A stretch of 64,000 nucleotides of DNA, taken from positions 60,078,001 through 60,142,000 of the forward strand of contig OZ024742.1 in the NCBI GenBank assembly GCA_964016885.1, written 5' to 3'. The position numbers and the translations under genes are program-made. Positions 44,638 through 60,283 of the stretch are shown here, in pieces; the first letter of the stretch is position 1, and every line of letters begins with the position of its first letter. Source of the DNA: Eledone cirrhosa. Its lineage: Eukaryota. The notes beneath the pieces were generated by a model. The model was given only the letters and a program-made list of their open reading frames with translations. It ran no database searches and was not told where the DNA came from.

Positions 44638-45790
44638 AGTATGTATGTATACGTACATACATATATGTATACAGACGTACAGTAGTATGTATATATATAT
44701 ATACATACATGCACACATATATATATGCACGTATCTAGCAACCATATATATATGTACGTGTCTAGCAACCATCGTTGCTCATTTGTTCAACACTGATAAA
44801 GGAACGCTGTACTAATTTCAAGCTTATTAGCTATCGTCAGCAACGTATACCTTCCTGCCAGATGATTGAACGTCTGAAAGTATATACTTTCCTTATGCAT
44901 ATTAACGGCTGAGCAGCCTAATTTGCATATCGAGTGAGTTAATCGGCCGGGCGCACTGAAAACGATAAACGGAAAAAATGGAACGAAATTTCATTTCTCA
45001 CTCTTAGTACGGCTGTTACTTAAATATAAGTAAATATGTATACGTACATACATATATGTATACAGACGTACAGTAGTATGTATATATATACATACATGCA
45101 CACATATATATATGTACGTATGGATTCACCGAACATTTATTATAATGCTCCGTGTGTTTGTAAACAAACATCCCGTATTAAGCCGTACAGTGTCTAGCAA
45201 CCATCGTTGCTCATTTGTTCAATACTGACAAAGGAACGCTGTACTAGTTTCAAGCTTATTAGCTATCGTCAGCAACGTATACCTTCCTGCCAGATGATTG
45301 AAGTAACAGCTGTACTAAGAGTGAGAAATGAAATTTCGTTTCATTTTTTGCGTTTATCGTTTTCGGGGCGCCCGGCCGATTAACTCACTCGATATGGAAA
45401 TTAGGCTACTCAGCCATTAATATGCATAAGGAAAGTATATACTTTCAGACGTTCAACCATCTGGCAGGAAGTTATACGATGCTGACGATAGCTAATAAGC
45501 TCGAAACTAGTACATCGTTCCTGTGTCAGTGTTGAACAAAAAGGTGACGTGTTGCCTAAACACTGTACGGCATAATTCGGGCTGTTTATTTGTTTACAAA
45601 CAAACCGAGCATTATAACAAATGTTCGGTAAACCGATACATGCATATATATATCTGTGCATGTATTTATATATATATACATACTACTGTACGTCTGTATA
45701 CATATATGTATGTACGTATACATACATACATACTTACATTTAAGTAACTGCCGTACTAAGAGTGAGAAATGAAATTTCGTTTCATTCTAT
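44636..45790. mobile_element. Family R: tandem plus inverted ~435 bp hammerhead-bearing monomers (retrozyme-like)
   Basis: Minus-strand units 44636-45300 with HHRs 432 bp apart, then plus-strand units 45301-45790 with a 441 bp period. Confidence 0.85.
45476..45518 (+). ncRNA. Type I minimal hammerhead ribozyme (predicted), family R
   Basis: acgatg CTGACGA t AGCT aata AGCT c GAA ACTAGT A catcgt. Confidence 0.82.
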
Positions 45791-45814
45791 TCCATTTAAA
45801 TATATATAAATATA

Positions 45815-46019
45815 TAGTAATAATAATAAATGTGAAGACTAAAATCCCAAGGGGTCTCGATAAGGATGAATATATATCAGATATATAAGAACCCTAGTGC
45901 AAATATTTATTGAAATAACAGATTAAGGTTTAAGCAAATAATCGCTGCTTTCACCCTTAACGTTAAGGGTGAAAGCAGCGATTCTTTGCTTAAACTTTAA
46001 TCTGTTATTTTAATAAATA
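45815..46019 (-). mobile_element. Family F copy folded back at the HHR stem II loop
   Basis: Palindrome centred on cccttaac|gttaaggg (45961/45962). Confidence 0.85.
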
Positions 46020-46045
46020 AATAAATAAATATATATATATATATA

Positions 46046-47349
<1,304 letters not shown>

Positions 47350-47728
47350 TCAGATTTGCATTTTATCCTTTCGAGATCGAAATAAAAAATAATTGATTCT
47401 TCTCTTATATGTCTTTCTCACTTCCATTCTTTCGCTCTCTATCCTTCTCCAGAAGAAATCAGTTGTATTCACGCGTGGAGAGGAGAACAGCATCGCCAGG
47501 TTTAAAATTAACTACGAATCAGCGTCGTTCAATACCGCGTCTCTACGACTCCTTCACGATTTAAGGGATGAGAAAGAACAATACACATATACACACTCAC
47601 ACACACACACACAGGCACACAGACACACACAATGTCAACATGAATGGACCTGTTATTTTTATTTAAAGACATCATTTTTTCCAATTACAACCCACCCGTC
47701 CCTTCAAACTATCTTATTTCTCATTCTA

Positions 47729-47764
47729 TCTTCTGATGAAGGACTAGCGTCCGAAACATTAAGA
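47729..47764 (+). ncRNA. Minimal PLE-type hammerhead (predicted)
   Basis: tctt CTGATGA a GGAC tagc GTCC GAA ACAT T aaga; homolog at 13248-13281. Confidence 0.72.
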
Positions 47765-47954
47765 CCCTCTTCCTGCTATTTCAAGTGTTAACCTAATATA
47801 TTCCTTCCATATACTGAACTGACTGTGTTGTTATTTCTGTTTACCTTTTACATACATATATATATGTGTATGTGTGTGTGTGTGAGTGTGTGCGTATGTA
47901 TATGTCTGTGGGTGTGTGTATGTGTGTGTGTGTGTTTGTCTGTTCTTGAATACT

Positions 47955-48219
47955 AATATATTACAGGCGAAATTTTACACGACATTACACATCGATCTGA
48001 CTGCACAACACCCTGGACATTCACTTTCTTCCCATCCTCAAATTTCCCAATATTTCTGAATGGAACTTGGAATATCTCTATCTTCCCGATGCACATACAC
48101 ACAAGCACTCCTACCTAGAAATATTGGGGAATTTGAGAATAGGAAGTAAGTCAATGTCCAGGGTGTTCTGCAGTCGGATTGATGTGCAGTGTCGTGTAAA
48201 ATTTCACGCGTAATATATT
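47955..48219. repeat. Older inverted repeat with ~100 bp diverged arms and ~60 bp spacer
   Basis: aacaccctggacatt/aatgtccagggtgtt; aaattttacacgaca/tgtcgtgtaaaattt. Confidence 0.82.
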
Positions 48220-49070
48220 CCTATCCAGGAATATATTATTCTTCATATTATGCAAAGGGATTGTTAAATGGACAACAATTTATAATGATAGGAATCAGAG
48301 AAATAGGTCATGCAATTGAATTTATAACAGATACAAACCTATATTACAGATGTAAACTTTATTTTAATTAGTATAAAGTCGGTTATGCTGAAAATTGGTA
48401 GATCGTTACAATGTCGAATAAAATGCTTTCAAATACTTTTTTCGGGTCCCTGCCATCTGAGTTCAAATCCCACAAATATCAACTTTCCCTCTCAATTATT
48501 CGATGCAAATAAAAGAAATATCAGCCCATTACTTGGTTCGATTCTTGCTCTATATCTCTTTCACACTTCATTTCTATCATTTTTTTGTTCTCTCTAACAA
48601 ATCAGCTCGGTTCAAAACGTTCCTATGTCGATGCTTTTGCGATTTTATCTGGTGCTGTGAGTCTATATATACATACATAACGTACATTTTAATAATGCCC
48701 ATATGAATTATCTCGGTTAAGGCCTGGGATTAGAGAAGCATGATTCTCTGTAACCTGAGATTACATCAGCCGGAAGTTAAACAGAATGACCTCTCCAGTC
48801 CATCCATTGATAATTTCAACTTATAAACTGGATTTGACCTTTGTTCTTTAAACTTTGCTGTTGGTGATCGAACTTTGTGGAGAATCATATCCCATGTTGA
48901 TGCGTAGTCGGCAACTGTTAGCGTCTAGAGAGATCACTATAATACCAACTGGGATGCAATCACTAACGAGCTATCACATGCTGACTGGTCTTTCACACAC
49001 GCTATCTCACTGCTCGAATTAAAACGTATGTATATAACCTCCAGCAATGCAAGAAGAAGAAGTTTTCGTG

Positions 49071-49684
49071 ATTAGTAATTTTCTTTGCTAAATGAAATGG
49101 CGAAGTATAAGCAAATATGTGTAGGCAAAATTGTATTTTTTTACTTTTAAAATGCATTTTTGCTTGCAATAATTACTTTTAATATGCTATACGTAATTAC
49201 ACCTAAAAATGTATTATCACTGAAATAATTTTATTTCAGTATATACTTATATTATTGCTACTCCCTTTAATTAATGAAATTAGTCTAGTTTGAGTTGTCT
49301 ATATTACAGGATTTTGTTACTCACTTCTAGCTTCCCTATTAACCTTTGGCTTTTAAAGTTATAAAGCTAAAATTACGTGATTTTTAAAATATTTAACAAC
49401 CGCGTCGCTTTTGCTGTGAGAGTTTTACTGTCTGGACGTTTTAACACCACAAGGTAATTTTACTTGGTTTTTTCTTGTAAAAGCTGTAATTTATATTTAA
49501 GACCAAGTTTACTAATGAATCTGACGTCTTAATTACTGGTTGATTATCTTAATTAGTAATTTTCTTCGTAAAATGAAACCGCGCTGTATAAGCAAATGTT
49601 TGTAGGTAAAATTATATTTTTCTTTTCAAATACATTTTGCTTGCAATGTTTAGTTTTAATGTTCTAAACATAATTACACCTAAA
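49071..49684. repeat. Diverged ~135 bp direct repeat (49071-49207 and 49552-49684)
   Basis: attagtaatttt...aaatgaaa...gtataagcaaat...taattacacctaaa occurs twice. Confidence 0.75.
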
Positions 49685-49791
49685 TCTAATTTGTATAAAT
49701 GTGACTCTACAATTTATAGGTTTAGCCGGATATGTATTGATCTATTTTATGGTGTAAAACTTTTATTTTGAATCTCTCTCTCTCTCTCTCT

Positions 49792-49849
<58 letters not shown>

Positions 49850-49913
49850 CTGTGTGCGTGTGTGTATACACACACACACACGCACACACAAATTAATTTG
49901 ATCAAGTTCGGCG

Positions 49914-49954
<41 letters not shown>

Positions 49955-49959
<5 letters not shown>

Positions 49960-50160
49960 ATAATAATAAATTTGAAGACTAAAATCCAAAGAGGGCTCGA
50001 TAAGGATAAATATATATCAAATATATAAGAACCGTAGAGCAAATATTTATTAAAATAACAGATTAAAGTTTAAGCAAAGAATCGCTGCTTTCACCCTTAA
50101 CGGGATCTTCTGAAACTAACAAAGTCAATCTGTAAACGCAGAAGTGGATATTTCAAAAAA
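49955..50160 (-). mobile_element. Family F pseudo-LTR, single arm with tail
   Basis: Matches 60083-60282. Confidence 0.88.
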
Positions 50161-51912
50161 TAATATATGTATATATATATATATTACGCCGAACTTGATA
50201 AAATTAATTTGCCTTTCCTGGTGATTTTAAACAAATTAAACACTTATTTTTTGACATAGGATATGGTCCGGCTAACACTATTCGAATTATGACCCTTTCA
50301 CGCAATCACCAAGTAGATATAACGAACTAAATAAATAGACGACATAATCAACGATACTCTTTCCAAGCGTTATCCCAGCATGGCCGCTCTCCAAATACCG
50401 AAGCACAACAAAACCACAAATAGAAAATACAAAATTAAATGTAATATACATGTAGTGTCTGATTTCAAAATTATAAATTATGGCGTTCATAATTACGGGG
50501 ATAGATTTGATTTCTGTCTTCTTCCAGTTGAAAATAAAATAATTTCGTCATTCCTAATTAGGTTAACGATTACAGTCATTATGGAAAAGTATCTTTAAAC
50601 CCAAATGCATTTACGTAATTAGTTAACATTAATTTTATTATTGTTGTTTACTTCACCAAATTAATTCATGAATATTACCACCAATTATTTTTGTATAATT
50701 AGTTTTATACCCCCATGAAATGTTGAATATAATTTATTAACGTTGTTACATATTAAAACTGATTCATAGTTTAATTATATTAGGAACATCTTCAATTTAA
50801 TAACCTATATTCAAGGCAATTAGAAATCAATAGTTATCGTGTATATATTATATCGTCTCGATATGCACGAACATTGCTGTTTGGTTAAAGATGTCACCTG
50901 GAATCCACTAGCTTTAGGGTTCGGTCCCTGTGTGTATCACGCCGAGCATGTATTAGTCGTGTTGGTCCATACGTTGTGAGTGATATTTGGGAAACAGAAG
51001 TTGTTTGGATAGCCATCGTATATTTGTGTGTCTTTGTATTTATGTTTACTGCTAGCTTATAACCCATTAATTAGCGCTTCGACAAAAAGAATAGATAAAA
51101 TAAGTATCAAACTTACAGCAATAGCAATTGGTGGTGATATGATCGATTAAATTCTTTCATGGTGGCGTCGAAAAATGAAAGGAAAATATAATCTCAGCGG
51201 TATGTAAGCTCAGTTCGCAGAGAGCAAGCAAAGAGGTCGCTTGTCATGCTGGCCTACACACTAACGACTCTGCCAGTTCACTGTCTATAAAATTTAGTAA
51301 TGTTATTTCCAAAATATTAGTTTGTTAAATGAAACGCTAGACTGAGTTTTGTGAAAGTCTGATGCTCAGGAAATATTGATATAGTTATGGATGTTTGGAT
51401 ATAAAATTGATTGTTTTCGTGGGGAGTTTGATGAATTAAATACTATTTTGGTAGTTGGAGGATTGAATGGATAGAACGTTGTACGAAAATACATTGTGGC
51501 TTTCAGTTATATCAATTTACGTTCTGAGTTCAATCCTTAATCTGCTCTACAATGAACTTGCTATTTCTGGTCTCGTTAAAATGAAGTCTCTAAATAGTCA
51601 CTCGACTGGTTACATATAGCAGCCAATGTATTAAAATAGATCCGGTACAAATACACCAAAGGACCTCATCCCGACGCTCTTTCATGCTCACGTCAGAGGC
51701 TATAATTTTATGGAAAACAGGATATATGAACTAATAATATTGTTTGAAGCTTGCAAGAGAAAAATGACATGTTTATAGCTAGCATGTTGTCCTCCATTAG
51801 TGATCACCTCGTGTGAGACAACAAATCCGACAAGAATGTATGCATTCTGATCTTGATATAATTAAATATACTTTAGAAGGTTATGCCTAATGATTACTGC
51901 AATTAAAATAAT

Positions 51913-52022
51913 TGTTTCTTCTTTTGGAGGCACACGGCCAGCAATTAACCTGTACATTACTGGTACTTTATTTTATCGACCCTGTAAGGATGAAAGGCAA
52001 AGTTAACCTCGACGGAATTTGA
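51913..52022 (-). mobile_element. 5'-truncated SINE with 17 bp TSD
   Basis: ACTGCAATTAAAATAAT at 51896-51912 and 52023-52039. Confidence 0.88.
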
Positions 52023-52514
52023 ACTGCAATTAAAATAATGAATAAATAATAGGCCACAACGGGAGTCGAACTCAGAACACACTGAGACAATATAAATATT
52101 GAACGGCATTTCAATGCGAATCTCTAATAATTCCGCCTATCCGCCTCATTTCAATGCACGGTAAGTTATTTCATAGAAATTAGAAGGGTGGAGAGTAAAT
52201 GTAACCTTTATATGATTGGAGCACAATGCGCAGTGAGACGGAGCAATTATCATATCATTTGGTCATACGTTCTGGAATTTTGGCGGATTAAATTAAGGCA
52301 TTTCAGTAATAATGGCAGCACCTATATTTTATGTAACGATGGTCGTGCTGTGGCGGGGCCTGGGACATTCAGTCAATCCTTTCGATTATAGTACACCTTT
52401 CTTAAAATCTGGTATATATTCTATTGATATTTATTTGTCGCATCACTACGTTACAGATTTAAACAGACTGTAAGCATTAACACTCGCACACACCCAAACA
52501 TAGAGGCACACACA

Positions 52515-52573
<59 letters not shown>

Positions 52574-52577
<4 letters not shown>

Positions 52578-52774
52578 TTAATATAGAAGAGATTCTACAG
52601 GACTAGAACTGTTTCATTCATTAGAAATCATCAGGAATCTGAGATTCCTGATGATTTCTAATGAATGAAACAGTTCTAGTCCTGTAGAATCTCTTCTATA
52701 TTAAAACTGTTATACTCTGCTATGTATTGAGTACCTTACTTACTGTGATTACCTCCGATTCAACCCGGAATAAC

Positions 52775-52776
<2 letters not shown>
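52574..52776 (+). mobile_element. Minimal fold-back element, family C (67 bp arms, 1 nt centre, tail)
   Basis: Perfect palindrome 52574-52708 centred at 52641; tail to 52776; pure (TA)n on both sides. Confidence 0.92.
52641..52693 (+). ncRNA. Type I hammerhead ribozyme (predicted), family C
   Basis: gagattc CTGATGA t TTC taat GAA t GAA ACAG ttctagtc CTGT A gaatctc. Confidence 0.85.
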
Positions 52777-52850
<74 letters not shown>

Positions 52851-54483
52851 GTGTGTGTGTTTATGTATGTATGCATAACGGAATTCTCCACACATTCTGA
52901 CGACCAAGTTTACCGCACAAGGCGCCGGTCTACGTGATACTGTAGTAGAAAATATCCTAAGATTCCATACACTTGAATTTAGACCGAATCAATAAAAGCA
53001 AAACAATTTATCAGAGAAACATGCCGCTGTCTGTTCAGTAGTTAATTATTAATCAATGCAAGTAGATCTAGCATTTGTTTAACAACATTATAGACTGGTT
53101 TATTTCATGTTTAATTTCGATTGATTGATATGAGCGAGAGGCATCACTGTGGGGTAAAGATGTTCCCTTAGCAAGCATCAGGCTGCAGGTATCATTCCAA
53201 TTAGTGGTATGTGGACACGTGACTTTGCCATAGCTGTGGGTCGGCCTAAGCCACATCAATGAAATTGAGGTGACGGAAGCTGTATATAGACCTCCCGGAT
53301 TGAGATTACCTGTAACTCAAAGATTCAACCTTGACGCATTTAATGTTACATTCGTTCATCTTGCGAATTAGACTAAGGGGTATATGTGATTCAATAATAA
53401 ACTATTTACTCTTTAATTCAAGAGTTGTATATTCAGTTGATAGAATAACTGATTGCTCCTCGTCAAAACCGACGGAATATCTATTATCTTCAGTGGAATT
53501 TTTAATACATGAGAAGCAAATATCAGTGAAACAACGAACAACTAATAACATATTTGCTGTAATATTTGCTCAAGCATAAACAAATCTCCGAAACAAATAT
53601 AATAATTACGTGTATGAAGAGATGATAATTCTTATCATTTAGAAACATAGCAAAATACTCTTCTCCGACGGGCATTCGTGGCACAAACTAGTGTAGTAAC
53701 GGCAACAGCAACAATATTAACAGCGACTGCAGCAGCAACACCACCACCACAACAACAATAACACTAGTTCCATGACACCAACCATAAAAACAACAAGCAC
53801 AAGATGTATTCTCATGAGGAATACAATGAAGTGGAGAGGCGAAATGATTAAGCATAACGGATATTGACGTTGGTATAACTCCCAATTAAAGATGGCTGGT
53901 AAATTTCTGTTTGAACATAAAAAAAACGACATCCTGCAATTGAGATAAAAACCTGCAAGTCAAATGTACTATTGGCAGCAATGCATCTTCTTCGGTTGTG
54001 TATGATTATCTATTTTGAAGAGGGGAAACATATTTCTTCTGGTCAGTTCATTAAAGAGATTCACGTTATTCTCATTGATTAATAGCTTCCATAATTAATC
54101 TGTGTAGCCGGGCTAAGTTCCGAAATAAATGAATAATTTGTTTCAATTTGTTTTTCTTTCAGATATAACATATTTCACATTATTTCAGCCAATAAAAAAG
54201 TCATAAATATTATTTGAGACTAAAACAAATGTAAACTGATATAACATACTAAGCATTTTATATGAGATTGCGTGTGTAATTGAACTAAATTAAATGCATT
54301 GCAAGAACATAATCATTTGTGATTTTTTTTCTTTTTACAATCTCTTTGACAGAAGCGTACTGATCGTCTGGAAAGGCAATGTTCATAGTCAGTCTTCAAG
54401 TGCCCCAAACACGCCCTCTATCACTATGATGCCCTTATCACTCCAGCAACAATACATACGGTACAGTCACAGCCACCCACCCA

Positions 54484-54484
<1 letters not shown>

Positions 54485-54552
<68 letters not shown>
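54485..54552. repeat. (CA)n microsatellite
   Basis: Direct sequence. Confidence 0.95.
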
Positions 54553-54558
<6 letters not shown>

Positions 54559-55005
54559 AATATATATGGATATTAAGGACACAATGAAGACTTACAGACA
54601 CACACATAAACCAAACTAACAAAACAAATCAGACACACACAGCTAGAACAAGTAAATAAACACATAGATAAATAATAAAATCAAACCCACACCCTGATGT
54701 AAAGCATATGCAAACTAAGCGCACAACACACAACAACATAGTGAGAGGTGGGATAGAAACCGAAGTGTACCATAAAGTTATGTCTTATTCAATTTTCGGA
54801 TGAAATTGGACCCTTATCAAGAGATGAGCATATCATCCTGAAGCTAGTGATAAGATTGTGTATTCATTCTCAATAATTATATATAAACATGCAACATTCA
54901 TAAATACATGTGAAGATATATTATTGCTGAAGCTAGGCGTGTGGCTATAGTCACTACTCATAGCGAAAGGCCTTCAAAATGTTTTAAAATAAACATAGAG
55001 TATAT

Positions 55006-55182
55006 TGGCAGTATCGGTAGAGAGTCGGACGCCATGCTTTGACGCATAGAGTTACGGCCCTTTCCATTCTGAGTTCAAATCCCGCCGAGTTTCACTTTGC
55101 CTTTCATCCTTACGGAGTCGATAAAATAAAGTACCAGGAATGCGATGGGTAATTGCTGGCCTTGTGCCAAAAGTAGAAACAA
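55006..55182 (+). mobile_element. tRNA-derived SINE
   Basis: Matches the family consensus. Confidence 0.9.
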
Positions 55183-55677
55183 TTATTAAATATACAATAC
55201 GTACATTCGTATATACATCGGTTATAGGAGCTTCAACACAAGTACACAAGTATATATATATATATATATACATGTATACTTGTGTTGGAGCTCTGATGTA
55301 CCGATGTATAATGAATAAAAACAAAGAAACAGTTCCTTATATTAAAAAATTCATCATTTTTCGATCGTTTCTAGGATATATATGTGTGTGTTGGTATGTA
55401 TATCATATAGATCTATGTAACATTTTTACAAACTACCAGAGGGAATATACATACCTACACATATATATGCTGTCTTCAGAAATAACGATATTTGTTTATT
55501 GAAAAAAAACAACAAATATTTTATACAATAGGTCTGTTTGGGAACAGGTTTTAAATTGACCAATAGAAAGTATATATATATATACTTGTGCTGGAGCTCT
55601 GATATACCGATGTATATATATATATATATATAGTGACGAAACATAAGTCAATTGCATGAACTCATAATCCTTTATTT

Positions 55678-55733
55678 ACTGCTATATATATTTCGATGAT
55701 AGCCATTGAATGGCTATGACCTCATCAGGCAGT
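55678..55733 (-). ncRNA. Type I hammerhead ribozyme (predicted)
   Basis: actgc CTGATGA ggt c ATAGCCATT c AATGGCTAT c atc GAA ATATATAT A gcagt. Confidence 0.82.
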
Positions 55734-56906
55734 TAGTCAGTTCTTAGATATGCCAGCTCTGTGTTTATAGTTTTGCTGGTATCAGAGCCTTGGGACATAT
55801 GAGCTTGTTAGGAATAATTTAATGTTGTCAGCAGGAATAATCTTAATTCTCATTGGTCAGTTTGTAGATGCTAGTAGGGTTTGTATTTGACCTCAAAAAG
55901 GCAGGTGGTGTTGTAAAGTTCAAACTATCAGGCAAGATGACAATAGTTCCATATGACTGATTTTCACAAAAAGCATTCCTGGTCAGATATATATTCAATT
56001 GGGGTTTATAGTATGAAATTCGATACTACAGGTCAATCTTAAATTGAGGAATTTATGTAGGGTGGTACTACTGAAAATTATGGTTAGAGTAGAATACTAG
56101 AAAATTTACATATAAAAAGACTTATGTTGGTTGACTTGCACATACATTCACAGACGCCCCCACAGACACACACACACATCTACACACACAAATCCATACA
56201 GGTGTGTATATATATATGTACGCACAAGTGCATATATATATATACGACAGAGGCCCTCAAATCCAAGTATAAGGCAGATATAAAACTAGGTGGGTGTTAT
56301 TTTTAAAGAAAAGTAAAGTGGGTGTTTGGAAAAGTTATTGTTTAGACTAGACAAAGTAGAGTGTGATATATATCTTCACAGCAATAGCTTGAGGCTTTGG
56401 AGCTTAGGCGAATTCCTTATAACAGATACACATACCCAGCCACACTTTTATACCTCTGGATGTGCGTGTATGGCGTGTATGTCTATATACACATGTGCAC
56501 TCATACAAGAGAGCATATACAAACATACTCCTAAGCATACACTTGAACATTTTTCAAATGCAACCTGGGGTATTAGTATTTCGTTGCGTTCACATGAGTG
56601 TGTACACTCACGTAATCCCAGTATACACACACCATGTACGGTTGCGGGCACTCATTCATGTGTATAGGGTTAGTAACTTGGTATGATTGTTCTTCCTGTG
56701 AGGGCCACTCCCGGGGTGGGGTGGGGGTGTTCCTCAGGATCAGTAAACGAGGTTTTTGTTGCTTCCTAACCGGAAGAGGATCCGGTGGGCAATCCAACGT
56801 AGGGACCACAAACTATGGGTGGTTGTAGTCCATTGGTCATTGGTACGGGGTGTAGGGGACCTACAGGGGGAGGAGAAGGGGCGTTGTGGGAGGCCAGAAC
56901 CGGGGT

Positions 56907-57465
56907 TTATCCATATAGCTTGAGGAAAGTTCCCGTCCTTAGGTGTCTGCAGGAGCCGAATAAGTCGGCCCTTCTGTTTAATAGCTTGGCTCCGCCATGA
57001 AGTATCTCAAATGTCTCACTAAGACAGAGGTTGCAAATACCAGACCCACCTCTTTCTAACCACGGACCAGACCAGAGAGTGCGGGGTCTTTTCAAGTTTG
57101 AGCTTCCATATCAATTCAGAAAGAACCGTACATTTCCTCTTTTCTATTCTGTTAAAGGAATGGCGATGGTTATACCACCTATCTTTGAAGCTCGTCGCCG
57201 TGGATCCTATGTAGTGGTGCTCCGAGTTAGGGGTTGTGACCTTGCACCTGTAGACTACGTTTTTCGTCATGCATTCATTACTAAGGGGGCATAGTCATAA
57301 GTCTCTGCAATTGCATGACTTCTTAAGCCCCAGCACATGTACCGCGTGGTTACCATCACTCGGGGCTTGCTGGGTAGCCGTCGCAATCAGCACAGGGTCG
57401 TTGGGTTCCAGTGTGCTAGATGGGCCTGTCCGGGGACTGGTGTGTCCCGTCTGCTGGTTCCGTTG
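56907..57465 (-). pseudogene. PLE GIY-YIG endonuclease remnant
   Basis: CNCRDL*LCPLSNEC..NVVY...YIGST..FKDRWYNH..SF...TVLSELIWKLK...CNLCLSE...LLNRR...CRH. Confidence 0.88.
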
Positions 57466-57561
57466 GGTATATATATATATACTTGTGTTGGAGCTCTGAT
57501 ATACCGATGTATATATCAATGTACGTATTGTATATTTAATAATATACTCTATGTTTATTTA

Positions 57562-57625
57562 TAATAGAAAAATGGGTTCTACAGGACTAAAACTGTTTAA
57601 TTCGGGAGAAATAATCAGGAAGCCG
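57562..57625 (-). repeat. Degenerate family C arm with mutated HHR core
   Basis: ctacaggactaaaactgtttaattcgggagaaataatcagg resembles 52594-52636. Confidence 0.65.
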
Positions 57626-58257
57626 ACAGTCTAAGTAAAATGCAGGTATTTATACCTTTTCTGGTGTTAGGAGAGGATGGTAATTGGGAGGGGTTGATGG
57701 GTTTAAAGAAAATGGAATTCTTTAAAGACTATATTTAGAGTAACAAAATCAGGAAAAATTCAAGCTAAATGCATGTAGACAGATTCACACTGGGGGGAGG
57801 GGCACTCCTGATTTTTAAGGTTCGTTTAAATAGTTATTCATTGGTAGGTCTATATATATATATATATATATACATACACCCCATCCACACACATATATAT
57901 ATACATAGACACACATATATATACACACATACACATATATATATATACACACATACGTATACATATATACACACGCACAGACGCATATATATATATATAC
58001 ACATACGCGCAATACAAGTGGAAAAGGCAAGTAGATAAGAAGTACTTACATAATTTTAGTACCATGAGGCGGATCGAGGGCAGCCGGGGGGGGGGGGGAC
58101 TTGCTATAAGGGTAGGGGGTAGGATGGGATGGAGGAGGAGGGTATATTTTGCAGAGTTGCGTTTTTTTGAAAATTATCCATCTGGCAGCAAGACTGGCTT
58201 GAAATAAAAGTTTTTCTGCATGCAATATATATATTGCATGCACATAAACATTGCAAG

Positions 58258-59628
<1,371 letters not shown>

Positions 59629-59629
59629 T

Positions 59630-59715
<86 letters not shown>

Positions 59716-59879
59716 CATATAACTGCTCTGTAAATCATCTGATGTTTTTACATTGAGCTACTTAACTTACTGGTAATAAGGTAGTAATACATTACTGCCT
59801 ACCACTATTTAGGGTGTGTGTAAAATACTTACAACTGCTTAAGGTTTTGTGTTTACATAACCATAAATAGTATAACTAA

Positions 59880-59951
<72 letters not shown>

Positions 59952-60283
59952 AAATATAAATAAATATATATATATATATATATATATATTTATTTATATA
60001 ACTTGCAATGTTTATGTGCATGCAATATATATATATATTGCATGCAGAAAAACTTTTATATATATATATATATATAAATATATAGTAATAATAATAAATT
60101 TGAAGACTTAAATCCAAAGAGGGGTCGATAAGGATAAATATATATCAAATATATAAGAACCGTAGAGCAAATATTTATTAAAATAACAGATTAAAGTTTA
60201 AGCAAAGAATCGCTGCTTTCACCCTTAACGGGATCTTCTGAAACTAACAAAGTCAATCTGTAAACGCAGAACTGGATATTTCG

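Larger units (their letters stand above)
55634..57468 (-). mobile_element. 5'-truncated Penelope-like element (Nematis-type): EN remnant, ~1.2 kb 3' region, hammerhead and tail
   Basis: GIY-YIG ORF remnant and HHR are co-oriented and bounded by (TA)n; their linkage is inferred. Confidence 0.72.

Noticed and set aside
47440-47575. Possible exon (KKSVVFTRGEENS...)
   Set aside because: Plausible acceptor but no convincing donor, partner exon or recognisable protein.
57295-57297. In-frame TGA in PLE endonuclease remnants (also ~60812) as selenocysteine
   Set aside because: Not at conserved Cys positions, and both remnants have other stops or frameshifts; ordinary decay is simpler.
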